Assembly (NCBI GenBank): GCA_044222185.1
Contig: JBGANV010000009.1
Span: 96,001-160,000, forward strand
Origin: Planctomycetota bacterium
GTDB lineage: Bacteria; Planctomycetota; GCA-002687715; CAIWVZ01
Direction of reading: 5' to 3'
DNA: 64,000 nt
Both the position numbers and the translations under genes were made by a program. Under the pieces are notes generated by a model. That model was given only the letters and a program-made list of their open reading frames with translations, did no database searches and was not told the origin of the DNA. Below, in pieces: positions 38,993-48,855 of the stretch; position 1 is the first letter of the stretch; the number at the start of each line of letters is the position of its first letter.

Positions 38993-41900
38993 CTCGGACT
39001 GGAACCGATGGCGAGGGTGCGAGCGCCGACGGCGAGCTTCTGCGCGCCGGACTTCGCCACGCGTTCGGGGGTGCGGGGCCGCAGTCGACGAGCGACGATG
39101 GGGGCGACGACGTCGGAGCGCGATCGGGCTCGCAGTGGGTCGACGACCGCTACGCGATCCGCGGAGAGCTCGGGCGCGGTGGCATGGGCGTCGTCTACCG
39201 CGCGTTCGACGCGGACCTGGGGCGAGAGGTCGCGCTGAAGGTCCTCCGTCACGGAGCGCTCGCGAACCACGCGGCACTGCACCGCTTCTCCGACGAGGCG
39301 CGCGTCTGCGCCCAGCTCCAGCACCGCGGGATCGTGCCGATGTACGACACCGGTGTGGGTGCCGACGGCTTTCCCTACTTCACCATGCGAATCGTCGAGG
39401 GTCGGACGTTGCGCGACGTGCTCGCGTCGTCGTCGAGCCGCCCCGACCTCGCGTGGATCGCGGAGGTCCTGGAGCAGATGTGCGACGCGGTCGGCTACGC
39501 GCACGCCCGCGGTGTGGTGCATCGCGACCTGAAGCCGTCGAACGTGATGATCGGAGCGTTCGGCGAGGTGTTCGTCATGGACTGGGGGCTGGCGAAGGTC
39601 ATCGGCGGCACCGAGCCCGAGACGGCGCACGGAAGCCCCGAGGTCAAATCCGGGCGCGCCGACCACGCGACGCTGGCGACGTCCGCGGGGGCCGTCGTCG
39701 GAACCGTGGGCTACATGTCTCCGGAGCAGGCCCGCGGTGAGGTTGCCAGCCTCGATGCGCGCACTGACGTGTTCGCCGTCGGGGCGATCCTCTTCGAGGT
39801 CCTGGTCGGGGCGCGACCGCACGCGGGCGCGAGCGATCCCCTGGACGCCTCCCGTCGCGGTGAGGCGGTCGGGCTATGGGCCGCGCTCGACGCAGTCGAG
39901 CATCCCGTGGAACTCGTGGGGCTCGCGCGATCGTGCCTCCAACCGCGTCCCGAGGACCGGCCGAAGGATGCGGGAGCCGTTGCGCAAGCGATCGGTTCGT
40001 GGCGCCGCTCTCAGCTCGAACGCGCGCGGGTCGCCGAGCTCGACGCGGCGACGGCCCGCGCGGCGCTGCCCCACGCGCGTCGGGTTCGGCGTCTCTCCGT
40101 GGTCCTGGTCAGCGTGGTGGTGCTCGTCGCCGCGGGCGTCGTGTGGATCCAGGCCGACGCGCGTTCGCGACGTGCGGCGATCGACCTGCGCGTCGAAGAG
40201 ATCCTCGATGAGACGGCGCGGCTGCGACTTGCCGCCGCGTCCGCACAGCCGCCGGCGCTGCCGAGTTGGCTTTCAGCCCATGCCGCCGCCGAGCGCGCCG
40301 TGGCGTCGGCGCGGAGTGGCGGCGCGAGCACTCCCGTGATGCGACGGGCCGTCGATCTGCTTGCGGCCTTGGAACGCGACGTGGATGTCTTTCGTCGCTC
40401 GGCGATCGAGGAAGATGCTGCGCGAACCGACGGTGCGCGAATCGACGAGCTCCTGCAGGTGCGCTACCCCCACATCACTCACGCCGAGACGGCGCGACGT
40501 CTCGCGGACTTCTTCGCGGGCGTCGGTATTTCGATACCGATCACGGACGTCGAGGGTTCGTCCGATCTGATCCGTCGATCGCGAATCGCATCGAGTCTCC
40601 TGTTGGCGCTCGATCAGTGGATCTTCAGCCTGTGGCGAGCCCCAGCGCAGCGCGACACGTCGCGCGTGCTCGCGAAGGTAGCGGATCGCGCCGACGGTGA
40701 TCCGTTCCGCACCCGCGTCCGGAACGCATGTGTCAGCCGCAACGCGGCCGAACTGGCAAGCCTCGCTGCCGATCCCGCGACGCTCGACCTGCCGGGACCG
40801 ATCCTCGCGAATACCGCCGTCGTGCTGACAGAGGTGTCTGGTCCGCAGGTGGGCCTGGCGTTCCTCAAGCGCGTGCGCGAGCGCTTGCCCGGCGACTTCT
40901 TCGTGAACAACCAATTGGCGTGGACGCTCGACCAGATCAAGCCGGTCGACGTCGCGGCGTTGAATGCTGCTGCGGCGGCCGCGCTGGCGTCGGCGCCGAA
41001 GAGCGCGCTCGCGCGGGCCAACTACGCGCACGTGCTTCACCGCATGGGAGCGCTGGACGAGGCCCTCCGGCACGCCGAGGTCGCCGTGGCCGCGCGCCCG
41101 GATCTGGAGTTCGTTCACCGCGTGCTCGGCTCGATCCTCAATGCTCGGGGAGAGTACGCCCTCGCCGAGGCGCAGTACCGCGCCGCGCTCGACTGCGATC
41201 GCCGCTCGCCGCTGACGCACTTCTTCGTGGCTGAAGCGCTGATCAACCAGAAGCGATTCGCAGAGGCTGAACCACTGCTCGTGGAGGCCGTACGCCTCGC
41301 ACCGAGTGACGCGGAGACGCGGTACTGGCTCGGCTTCGTCGAGTATCAGCTCGATCGGTTCGCGGATGCAGAGGCTCACCTCCTCGTCGTCCTGGCGGAT
41401 CAGCCGCGGCACGTTGCGGCCCTACGGGCGCTGGGCGCGACGATGCGGGCGTCGTCGCGGCATCGCGAGGCGGTGCTGTGGCTCGAGCGCGCGCGGGTGC
41501 TGTCCGGCGGCGATGCCGGGACGTCCGCGTGGCTCGATGAACGTATTCGGGATTCGCGGGCGATCGCAGATGCCGCCGAGGACGCGTCCGACGAGACCCT
41601 CGGATCGAGAGCGGATTCTCGAAGGACTCTCGCCGCATGGATCGAGCTCGCGGAGAGCCATGCGGCTCGGAAGCACTTCGTGCGGGAGAGCGAGCTGTGG
41701 CGGCGCGCGTTTGCAACTCAGCCGGAGCTGTTCGACGATCTCATCGCCGTTCGCCGCGCGGCTCGCGCGGCGGCCGCTGCGGGCGGCGGGCGAAGCGACG
41801 ACGGCCGTGACCTCGACGCCGCGACGCGACGCGCGTGGCGCGACGAAGTCCGTCACTGGATCGGTCGCTTCGTGGAGTCGGCTCGACGTCGGCTCGAGGA

Positions 41901-42069
41901 TCCGCGGGCCGACCGCGCCGCGATGCGCGCGGCAGTCTCCGACCTGTCGTCCGATCGCGTCGCGCTCCGCGATGCCGGCGGCGTCGATCCCGTTGCTCCC
42001 GACGAGGCGCGCTTGGATCTGGCGCTCTGGGAGGCGGTGACGGCGCTGGAGTCGGCGATTCGTGAGTGA
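38989..42069 (+). CDS. Ser/Thr kinase - TM - TPR repeat protein
   Basis: GRGGMG, VALK, HRDLKPSN, DWG, YMSPEQ; TM segment; TPR-like helices (LG..L...G....A...Y..AL). Confidence 0.92.
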   Translation: MTRTGTDGEGASADGELLRAGLRHAFGGAGPQSTSDDGGDDVGARSGSQWVDDRYAIRGELGRGGMGVVYRAFDADLGREVALKVLRHGALANHAALHRFSDEARVCAQLQHRGIVPMYDTGVGADGFPYFTMRIVEGRTLRDVLASSSSRPDLAWIAEVLEQMCDAVGYAHARGVVHRDLKPSNVMIGAFGEVFVMDWGLAKVIGGTEPETAHGSPEVKSGRADHATLATSAGAVVGTVGYMSPEQARGEVASLDARTDVFAVGAILFEVLVGARPHAGASDPLDASRRGEAVGLWAALDAVEHPVELVGLARSCLQPRPEDRPKDAGAVAQAIGSWRRSQLERARVAELDAATARAALPHARRVRRLSVVLVSVVVLVAAGVVWIQADARSRRAAIDLRVEEILDETARLRLAAASAQPPALPSWLSAHAAAERAVASARSGGASTPVMRRAVDLLAALERDVDVFRRSAIEEDAARTDGARIDELLQVRYPHITHAETARRLADFFAGVGISIPITDVEGSSDLIRRSRIASSLLLALDQWIFSLWRAPAQRDTSRVLAKVADRADGDPFRTRVRNACVSRNAAELASLAADPATLDLPGPILANTAVVLTEVSGPQVGLAFLKRVRERLPGDFFVNNQLAWTLDQIKPVDVAALNAAAAAALASAPKSALARANYAHVLHRMGALDEALRHAEVAVAARPDLEFVHRVLGSILNARGEYALAEAQYRAALDCDRRSPLTHFFVAEALINQKRFAEAEPLLVEAVRLAPSDAETRYWLGFVEYQLDRFADAEAHLLVVLADQPRHVAALRALGATMRASSRHREAVLWLERARVLSGGDAGTSAWLDERIRDSRAIADAAEDASDETLGSRADSRRTLAAWIELAESHAARKHFVRESELWRRAFATQPELFDDLIAVRRAARAAAAAGGGRSDDGRDLDAATRRAWRDEVRHWIGRFVESARRRLEDPRADRAAMRAAVSDLSSDRVALRDAGGVDPVAPDEARLDLALWEAVTALESAIRE

Positions 42070-44432
42070 GCCCACGAGCGCCGTGGTTCGGCGGAGGAGA
42101 TGCGTGGCGAGCGGACGAGGCAGGCTGTAGGCTCCCCTCGATGCGCAAGGCAGCGTGGTCGCAGGTTGGAAGCGCGGTCGGGATCGCCCTCGCCGTCGGA
42201 GTCGGGCTCATCTTGTGGAGTGGCGAGCGCCAGTCGGCTGCATCCCCGGGTGTGACGCTTCCAGGTCGCACGTTGCCCCCCGAATTCGTCGAGACGCGAC
42301 CCGCGCTCGCGAGCGCGCCGGTGGATGTCCGGCCCATTCGCGCCGTGCCCATCGAGACTTCGGCGAGCGCCATTCGCGGGCAGGTCGTCGACGCGTCCGG
42401 CGCGCCCGTCGCCGGTGCCCAGGTCGTCGCCGTTCGAACGCGCCTGCAAGGGAACGTGGAGATCGCCCGCGGCGGGGCGTTGCCTGAGGGCGCCACGGCC
42501 TGTCTCACCGGCGCGCGGGGCGACTTCGCCTGCGAGCCGGCCGGCGCAACGTCGACCCTCGTCGTCGATGCCCGTGGATTCGCGCGCTGGAGCCGGGCCG
42601 ACGTCGAAGCGGCGACGGAGGTTCACGCGACGCTCGTCCCATCCTTGGACCTCGTCGGCCACATCATCGATCGGGATGGGAACCCCATCCCCAACGCCCG
42701 GGTCTCCTGGAGCGCGAGCGTTGATGGCGTGAAGACCACCGCCGCGGCGCGCGCGGGAGGCGATGGAACGTATGAGTTGCGCGACATCGCGTCCGACAGG
42801 CCGATGACCTGTTGGGAACTGATGGTCGTCGCGGACGGCTTCGCGCCGCGGCGCTTCGGCAGCCTCTCAGGCGGCGTGTGGCGTGGTGGCGAGCGAACGT
42901 TTGCCGATCGCACGCTGCGGCGCGATTGGGTGCTGTTCGAGGGCCGGCGGATCGAGGGCCGAGTCGTCGACTTCCAGACACACGTACCGGTCCAAGCGGC
43001 TCGCGTGTTCATCCTGGGTCAGAGAGATCACGAGCGGGCAGACGCGAACGGACGCGTCGTTTGGGCGCCGTGGATACTCGCGGAGACAGGGACGAACGCC
43101 GAAGGTTCGTTCACCGTCGACCACGTTCCCGAGGATCCGGAGACCGTGCGACCGGCGCTCGGAGTCCTGGCACTTGCACCCTCGGGAGCGGTGGGGCAGG
43201 CGTTGGTCGTCCTGCGGAATGGTCCGGCGCCGGTGCAGGTCGCCGTCACCCCGACGGCAACGGTTCGCGGCCGCGTGGTGGATGCCGAGGGACGGCCGGT
43301 CGAGGAAGTGCGCGTCGCCGCCCAGTTCGGAAGTGCCATCGAGCAGCCGGTGCTCGACGGAACGGGTCGCAGGTTGGATGCCCTCGCGACGCGCACGGAC
43401 GCCGCCGGCCGTTACGTGATCGATCGGCTGGATGCCTCGCGCTTCGGCATGGGGCTGTTGTTCGCGTCGTCGGACCGCGTGAGCCTGCAGAAGGAGATGT
43501 TCAAGGGCGTGGCGGTCGCTCCCGGGGAATCACTCGAGATGCCCGATGTCGTGGTCGAACCGCGCCCCGTCGTCCGCTGTGAGGTCGTCGACGGGCGCGG
43601 GCTCCCGATCGCGGGTGCGCGGTGTTCGTGGACGTACGACACGAGACTTCGAGCGCTGTCGGCGGATGCCGATGCGTCGGGTCGCTGCATTCTCGTGCGA
43701 CCGAGGCTCTTCGACGACGAGCCGTCGATCGAGGTGTACGCTCGCGCGCGAGGGTTCGCGTTGGCCAAGGCAAAGGCGGTTCGCGAGCCGGGCAAATGGC
43801 TGTACGACCTTCGGTTGGTGCTCGAACCCGGACGCACGTTGACCGGCGAACTCGTCCACCCCGACGGAACGCCGGCGGAGCGGTGGACCGTGATGGCCGC
43901 GAACGCCGAACTGCCTTTGGCGGACGCCTTCGCCGCTGCGAGCGAGACACCGATCAACACCCTCGACGCAGACGTCGTCTGGTGGGGCGCGACTGAGTCG
44001 GATCGACTCGGCCGGTTTGCGCTTCCGAACCTGCCGATGGGTCGCGTGCACGTCGCCGCGATGTCGGATCGCTGGAGTCGCCCGACCGCCAGGCTGAGTT
44101 CCGTCGCCGCGTCGACGATCCGGATCGACGTAGGACCTCGGGCAGTGCCGGAGGCCGCCCCGCCCGACCCCCGGGCACGCATCGAGATCCGAGTCGTCGA
44201 CGAGTCGACGAAGGTCATCGTCGCGGACGCCCAGGCGAAATGGGTCGATGCGAAGGGAACGAGCCTCGCGTCGGCGTATCTCGCCGACGGACGCATCGTC
44301 TTCGAGTCGGTGATTCCGCGCAGTGGAACCGTCGCGGTCACGTCGACGCGTCACAAGCCTTGGACGTCGGCCACGATCGATGCCAAAGCGGGCGGCTCCA
44401 TCGGGCTGGTGGCGGAACTGCAGCGGAATTGA
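42066..44432 (+). CDS. Membrane-anchored carboxypeptidase-regulatory-like domain repeat protein
   Basis: Repeated G.VVD..G.PV.GA.V...TD..G.(F/Y) motifs and an N-terminal TM. Start is GTG 42066 (overlapping the kinase stop) or ATG 42141. Confidence 0.82.
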   Translation: MSPRAPWFGGGDAWRADEAGCRLPSMRKAAWSQVGSAVGIALAVGVGLILWSGERQSAASPGVTLPGRTLPPEFVETRPALASAPVDVRPIRAVPIETSASAIRGQVVDASGAPVAGAQVVAVRTRLQGNVEIARGGALPEGATACLTGARGDFACEPAGATSTLVVDARGFARWSRADVEAATEVHATLVPSLDLVGHIIDRDGNPIPNARVSWSASVDGVKTTAAARAGGDGTYELRDIASDRPMTCWELMVVADGFAPRRFGSLSGGVWRGGERTFADRTLRRDWVLFEGRRIEGRVVDFQTHVPVQAARVFILGQRDHERADANGRVVWAPWILAETGTNAEGSFTVDHVPEDPETVRPALGVLALAPSGAVGQALVVLRNGPAPVQVAVTPTATVRGRVVDAEGRPVEEVRVAAQFGSAIEQPVLDGTGRRLDALATRTDAAGRYVIDRLDASRFGMGLLFASSDRVSLQKEMFKGVAVAPGESLEMPDVVVEPRPVVRCEVVDGRGLPIAGARCSWTYDTRLRALSADADASGRCILVRPRLFDDEPSIEVYARARGFALAKAKAVREPGKWLYDLRLVLEPGRTLTGELVHPDGTPAERWTVMAANAELPLADAFAAASETPINTLDADVVWWGATESDRLGRFALPNLPMGRVHVAAMSDRWSRPTARLSSVAASTIRIDVGPRAVPEAAPPDPRARIEIRVVDESTKVIVADAQAKWVDAKGTSLASAYLADGRIVFESVIPRSGTVAVTSTRHKPWTSATIDAKAGGSIGLVAELQRN

Positions 44433-44498
44433 ACCGGACGGCGGCTCGCCGATGACGGAACGGCCTTTCCTTCGTCAGCGGCGTCGGCCTGCCTCGCG

Positions 44499-45695
44499 TC
44501 AATAGAGCGTGTACCGGCTCGTCGAACCCGGAAGCCATCCCGCGCCGCCCGGCAGGAAGTGCAGCGTGGTGCCCGTCAAGTCGTAGGGATTGTCGTAGGT
44601 CTCGAGGTAGGCGATGTTCTGGGTCGTGATCCCGTGCCACTCGAAGAACGCCTCGTTGATCCCGCCGACGTAGGCGTAGGGCGGAGTGGAGAGGATCCCC
44701 GGGCCCAGCGTGCTGCCGGCAGGCTGGGGCCCGGTGAAGTTCTTTTGCGCCTGATTGATGCCGCCCAGTCCGAACCCCGGCGCGATGCCCGTCGTCTGGT
44801 CGAAGTGCGACGCGTTGTTCGTGATGGGCGAGTTGATCTCCACGTAACCGTCGGTCCTGATCACGATGGAGAAGGTGTGGGGGACGGGGATGATGTAGTC
44901 CTGGACGTTCAGGTAATCGATGCGGACATAGCCGGGCATGCCCGGGCCTGGATTGGGATCGATCGTCGTGCGGACGGTGTTCGGCGGGCACACCATGTCA
45001 CACCATTGCGCGGCGATCCGCGGCGGACCCGTCAGCATGTCCTGTGGCGACGACGTGGGATCGCTTCCGAGCGACGTGCCGAAGCAGACGTATCCGTTGG
45101 AGCCGACATACACGCCCGTGTAATTGGTGCCGTAGAACGGCAGCGGCATGGAAGGGAACGTCAGGTGCTGCTCGTATTCGTCTCCGAGGAAGTAGGACTG
45201 GACGAACGGACCCTGAGTGACCGTGATCTGCGTGGCGGCAGTCAGGCTGTAGCCGGCCGCGGAGATGGGATCGGCGATGACGGCCTGGAGTGCCACGTGG
45301 AGGCCGAGGGGGACGAGGCCGGGCCCCGCACCTGCATCCGGAACGAGGAGCGCGATCGTGCTGGTGCCATTGCCTGCCGTCTGGAACGTCGGAAGTACGA
45401 ACCCGTCGATCACGCATTCGGGAATCGGCGACATCGGAAGGTCGACGATCGAGCCCCCGAGGGTCGCAGAGCCCGCAGCGACGTTCGCCGCCTGGTAGAT
45501 CGCGTACGGGCGTTGCGGCGCACCGCGCACGGTGATGACCGTCGCGGTGTTCGTGCGCACCGTCGTCGCGATCGGATAGGGCGGCCCAGCGGATCCGTCG
45601 ATCGTCATCGAATGAGTGGCGTCATTCGGTTGCTGAGCGAGAGCGCTGGCAGCGACGATGAGCACTGCCAGCTGGCGAATGAGATTCCGGGTCAT
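44499..45695 (-). CDS. Secreted protein: shared beta-domain at the N-terminus plus a NIDO (nidogen)-like domain
   Basis: GGAGG RBS, signal peptide, and PFYGTNYTGVYVGSNGYVCFG...IAAQWCDM resembling the NIDO motif. Confidence 0.75.
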   Translation of the reverse strand: MTRNLIRQLAVLIVAASALAQQPNDATHSMTIDGSAGPPYPIATTVRTNTATVITVRGAPQRPYAIYQAANVAAGSATLGGSIVDLPMSPIPECVIDGFVLPTFQTAGNGTSTIALLVPDAGAGPGLVPLGLHVALQAVIADPISAAGYSLTAATQITVTQGPFVQSYFLGDEYEQHLTFPSMPLPFYGTNYTGVYVGSNGYVCFGTSLGSDPTSSPQDMLTGPPRIAAQWCDMVCPPNTVRTTIDPNPGPGMPGYVRIDYLNVQDYIIPVPHTFSIVIRTDGYVEINSPITNNASHFDQTTGIAPGFGLGGINQAQKNFTGPQPAGSTLGPGILSTPPYAYVGGINEAFFEWHGITTQNIAYLETYDNPYDLTGTTLHFLPGGAGWLPGSTSRYTLY

Positions 45696-46019
45696 CGAGC
45701 ACCTCCCTGCGATGCGGGCACGGACACGAAACGGCGAGCAAGCGACGTACCGAAGACGCCCTCACTTCCACGCGCGCACGGAATCGACGGTGCATTCCAC
45801 CGGGATCACGCGCCGCCACCGCGCACCTCCGCGTGGCGCTTCGCGGATGTGGTCACCCGCAAGTAACGCGCGAGCGGCATCGTCGGCGCGATACAGCTCG
45901 CAGGCTCGACCGATGAACTTCGTGGAGGCGCCGCGCGCGTCGGTGAATACGGCTGTATCAACGCATCGACGTCGACGTGCGGCATGTTCGTTGCAATCCG
46001 ACGCGCACGGAGATCAACC

Positions 46020-47921
46020 ATGCTTTCACGTCCCACATCTGCGTCGCGCACGCCTCATCTGTTGCTGATTCTCGCGCTCATCGCGGTGAACGTCGCGGCA
46101 CAGCTCCCCGCCTGGAATTCGATCGCAGTCTCGGGCTCTCAGACCATTCAGCTCGAGCAGACGCTGATGGCCGTGACCGACGGCAACGTCGTCCGTGCAT
46201 GGTCCGCGCTCACGCGCAATTGGTCGTCGATCACTGCGACCTATGGCCCACCGGTCAACACGATCCTGAACGAGCATCTCATCGTGCGCGACGGCCCGAT
46301 CTTCTATGGCTACTCGCCGCGCAGTGGGGCGTTCCAGGCGCAATTCGTGTTCTCGCCCAGCCCGATGCTGGTCCCCTCCGCATCGGCGCAGACGTGGCAC
46401 AGCCTCGTGATCGACGGGAACAACCTCCACGCCTACTTCGCGTACTCGGGCCAGTGGATGACGTACTCGTTCCCGAGTCCTCCAACGGTCACGACCGCGA
46501 TGAATGGACGCTTCTGCTTCTTGATCCAGGCCGGTGGGAACCTCTATGCGGTGAGCACGTTCTATGGCTCGCTCGTGCCGGCGCCTGTGCCGAGCGCGAC
46601 GAGTGCGGGCGGGTTCGGGAACATGGCCTTCGCAAATGCGCCGGGAACGCTGCTCGGATTCAGCGCCTCGCGAAACACGTGGGCGTCGCTCTCCGTGGCT
46701 GGCACCCCGACGATCACGACGGGCAATGCGCAGCCGGCGCTCGTCGCCATCAACGACGGCGCGGCGATCTCGTTGTTCAGCGGCAACACTGGCACGTTCA
46801 CCACGCTCCCCGCGTCGCCCTCGGCGAGCGTGAACATCGAGCGCTATTCCGGCGTGGTCGTCGACGGCGCGACGGCTTATGGGTACTCGGCGATCCTGGG
46901 CGCGTTCGCGACGCTGCCGCTCGGCAGCACCGTGACGGTGATCAAGCAGCAGATGTTCACGCTGCTCGATGACGGAGTCAGCCTGACCGCGTTCAGCGCG
47001 ACGACCGGGACGTTCGGTACGCCCGTTGGCTACTCCGGGCAGACTCTTCTGCACAAGGCGCAGATCGCGACGCTTACCCCGGCCGGCGCCAGCGTCCCGA
47101 GCGCGGTGTATTCGTCCTATCGCAACCAGTGGGAATCGGGGCCGGGCCTGACCGCCGGTACGACGTATCTCACGGCCGTCTCCGTGATCGTCGAAGGGTC
47201 GACGGGCGGATTGTGGGGCTGGTCACATCGATCCGCAGGCTGGCGGTTCCAGCCGGCGTTGCCGACGGAATCGGCCGTCGCCGGGAGCAGCCCGCCGAAT
47301 CTCGCCGAGACGTTCTGCGCGCGCCAGGGCACGACCCTCCATGCGTTCAATCCACGCACGTCGGCGTGGCGTTCGACGATCACTGCTGCGCCGGCCACCA
47401 TCGTCCGTGCGCACCACGCGGCGATCCTCGCGCAGGACGGCGCGCACGTCTATGGGTTCAATCTCTGGAGCGACGAATGGGCGAGCCAGACGCTGCAGGG
47501 CCCGTACGTCGCCGGGTCGGCGCAAGTCGAGAGTGCCTACGCTTCAGACGGGGCCCGCATCTACGCCTACGCCGGCTTGGGCCAGATGAATACCCTCGCC
47601 GAGTTCCCGGATTTCTATCGCGTTCCGACGCTTGGTTCGCTCTTCCGGTTCGAGGTCGCGGGCGAGCCCGGCGCGGCGGCCATCATCGGGTTGGCGCTCG
47701 GTCCGGCGGAGATTCCCATCGCGTTCGGCACGCTCCTGCTCGACCCCGCGTCGCTCTCGATCCTGGCGCAGGCGTCGGTTCCGCCGGCTGGACTGCTCAG
47801 CTTCACCATGCAGATCCCGCTCGACCCGGCGCTGCGCGGGCTCACGCCGCACCTTCAGGCCGCGCTGGTCGACGTCGGTGGGGCCTATCTCACGAACTCG
47901 ATCTTCTCGACGATCTACTGA
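46020..47921 (+). CDS. Secreted protein with ~13 A(Y/F/W)S...G.(W/F) repeats and shared C-terminal domain
   Basis: Signal peptide LLLILALIAVNVAAQ; ~38-40 aa periodicity; C-terminus LRGLTPHLQAALVD...LTNSIFSTIY. Confidence 0.82.
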   Translation: MLSRPTSASRTPHLLLILALIAVNVAAQLPAWNSIAVSGSQTIQLEQTLMAVTDGNVVRAWSALTRNWSSITATYGPPVNTILNEHLIVRDGPIFYGYSPRSGAFQAQFVFSPSPMLVPSASAQTWHSLVIDGNNLHAYFAYSGQWMTYSFPSPPTVTTAMNGRFCFLIQAGGNLYAVSTFYGSLVPAPVPSATSAGGFGNMAFANAPGTLLGFSASRNTWASLSVAGTPTITTGNAQPALVAINDGAAISLFSGNTGTFTTLPASPSASVNIERYSGVVVDGATAYGYSAILGAFATLPLGSTVTVIKQQMFTLLDDGVSLTAFSATTGTFGTPVGYSGQTLLHKAQIATLTPAGASVPSAVYSSYRNQWESGPGLTAGTTYLTAVSVIVEGSTGGLWGWSHRSAGWRFQPALPTESAVAGSSPPNLAETFCARQGTTLHAFNPRTSAWRSTITAAPATIVRAHHAAILAQDGAHVYGFNLWSDEWASQTLQGPYVAGSAQVESAYASDGARIYAYAGLGQMNTLAEFPDFYRVPTLGSLFRFEVAGEPGAAAIIGLALGPAEIPIAFGTLLLDPASLSILAQASVPPAGLLSFTMQIPLDPALRGLTPHLQAALVDVGGAYLTNSIFSTIY

Positions 47922-47978
47922 TGCTCCGATGGTTCGTGCACCGCCCGCAGCCATCGGTTGCGGGCGGCGCCGTCACGC

Positions 47979-48605
47979 TCACTTCACGCGGGTTGCCGTG
48001 CTCGTCATGACGACGGCGATGTTGCCCTCGCTGATCGTGTCGTAGACCTCGACGGTGTGCTTGTCGTCCGACTCGATCTTGATGACGATGCGCCACGGGC
48101 GGCCCTTCTCCGGCGACATCGCGTCGCGGATCTCGCCGTTCAACGTGATGACCTTGCCCGCCGCGTCCGCCGTGCCGTGAGTCGTGTACTGACCGGTCGA
48201 CATGTTGTCGCTCCACGTCGCCACGTACTCCTTCAGCGTGTTGTCGTACCCGAGCATGAAGATGCCGCTGAAGGGCTTGCCCTGGGCCATGCCCGTCGAC
48301 TCCTCGACGAGCTGACGGCCGCCGAGGATGACTCGCGCATCCGCCGTCCCCTTGGTTTCCACCGACGGGAAGCCCGGCATGTCGCACGGCTTGTTCACCG
48401 TTTCCCATTTGCCCGCCAGTTTCGCCAACAGTTTGTGCTGCTCTCCCGGCGCGCCTGCCTTCTCATACGCCTCCATCATGGCCTTGACCTCTTCGGCCGT
48501 CGGCTGCTTGGGCGCGCCCTTGGCGTCCTGTGGCTTCAGGTCCTGATGAATGGCGAGCGAGCCTGCGAGACATGCGATTCCTGCGATGACGAGTTTCGAC
48601 AACAT
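47979..48605 (-). CDS. DUF1579 family protein
   Basis: PGEQHKLLAKLAGKW, ILGGR, GYDN...YVATWSDNMSTG; GGA-type RBS before ATG 48605. Confidence 0.85.
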   Translation of the reverse strand: MLSKLVIAGIACLAGSLAIHQDLKPQDAKGAPKQPTAEEVKAMMEAYEKAGAPGEQHKLLAKLAGKWETVNKPCDMPGFPSVETKGTADARVILGGRQLVEESTGMAQGKPFSGIFMLGYDNTLKEYVATWSDNMSTGQYTTHGTADAAGKVITLNGEIRDAMSPEKGRPWRIVIKIESDDKHTVEVYDTISEGNIAVVMTSTATRVK

Positions 48606-48855
48606 GGTTTCCTCCGTGCGACCGCGCTCCGCGGCCAAGTTGGGGTCGGGACGATATCACGCGGGGGGGACGGGGGTGGGGCGCGGCCGCGCTCAGCTCT
48701 GCTCGGACCGCAGTCCTCGTGGTTCTGGATCACCATGACTCAGCATCGCCGATCTGAGCCCGCGAACGCCCGCGCCCAGGAGATCGCTCGTGCATCGGGT
48801 GCCAACTTCGTTCTGCCGTTGACCATGCCGCAGAGCCCCCGATATCCTCCGGCCC

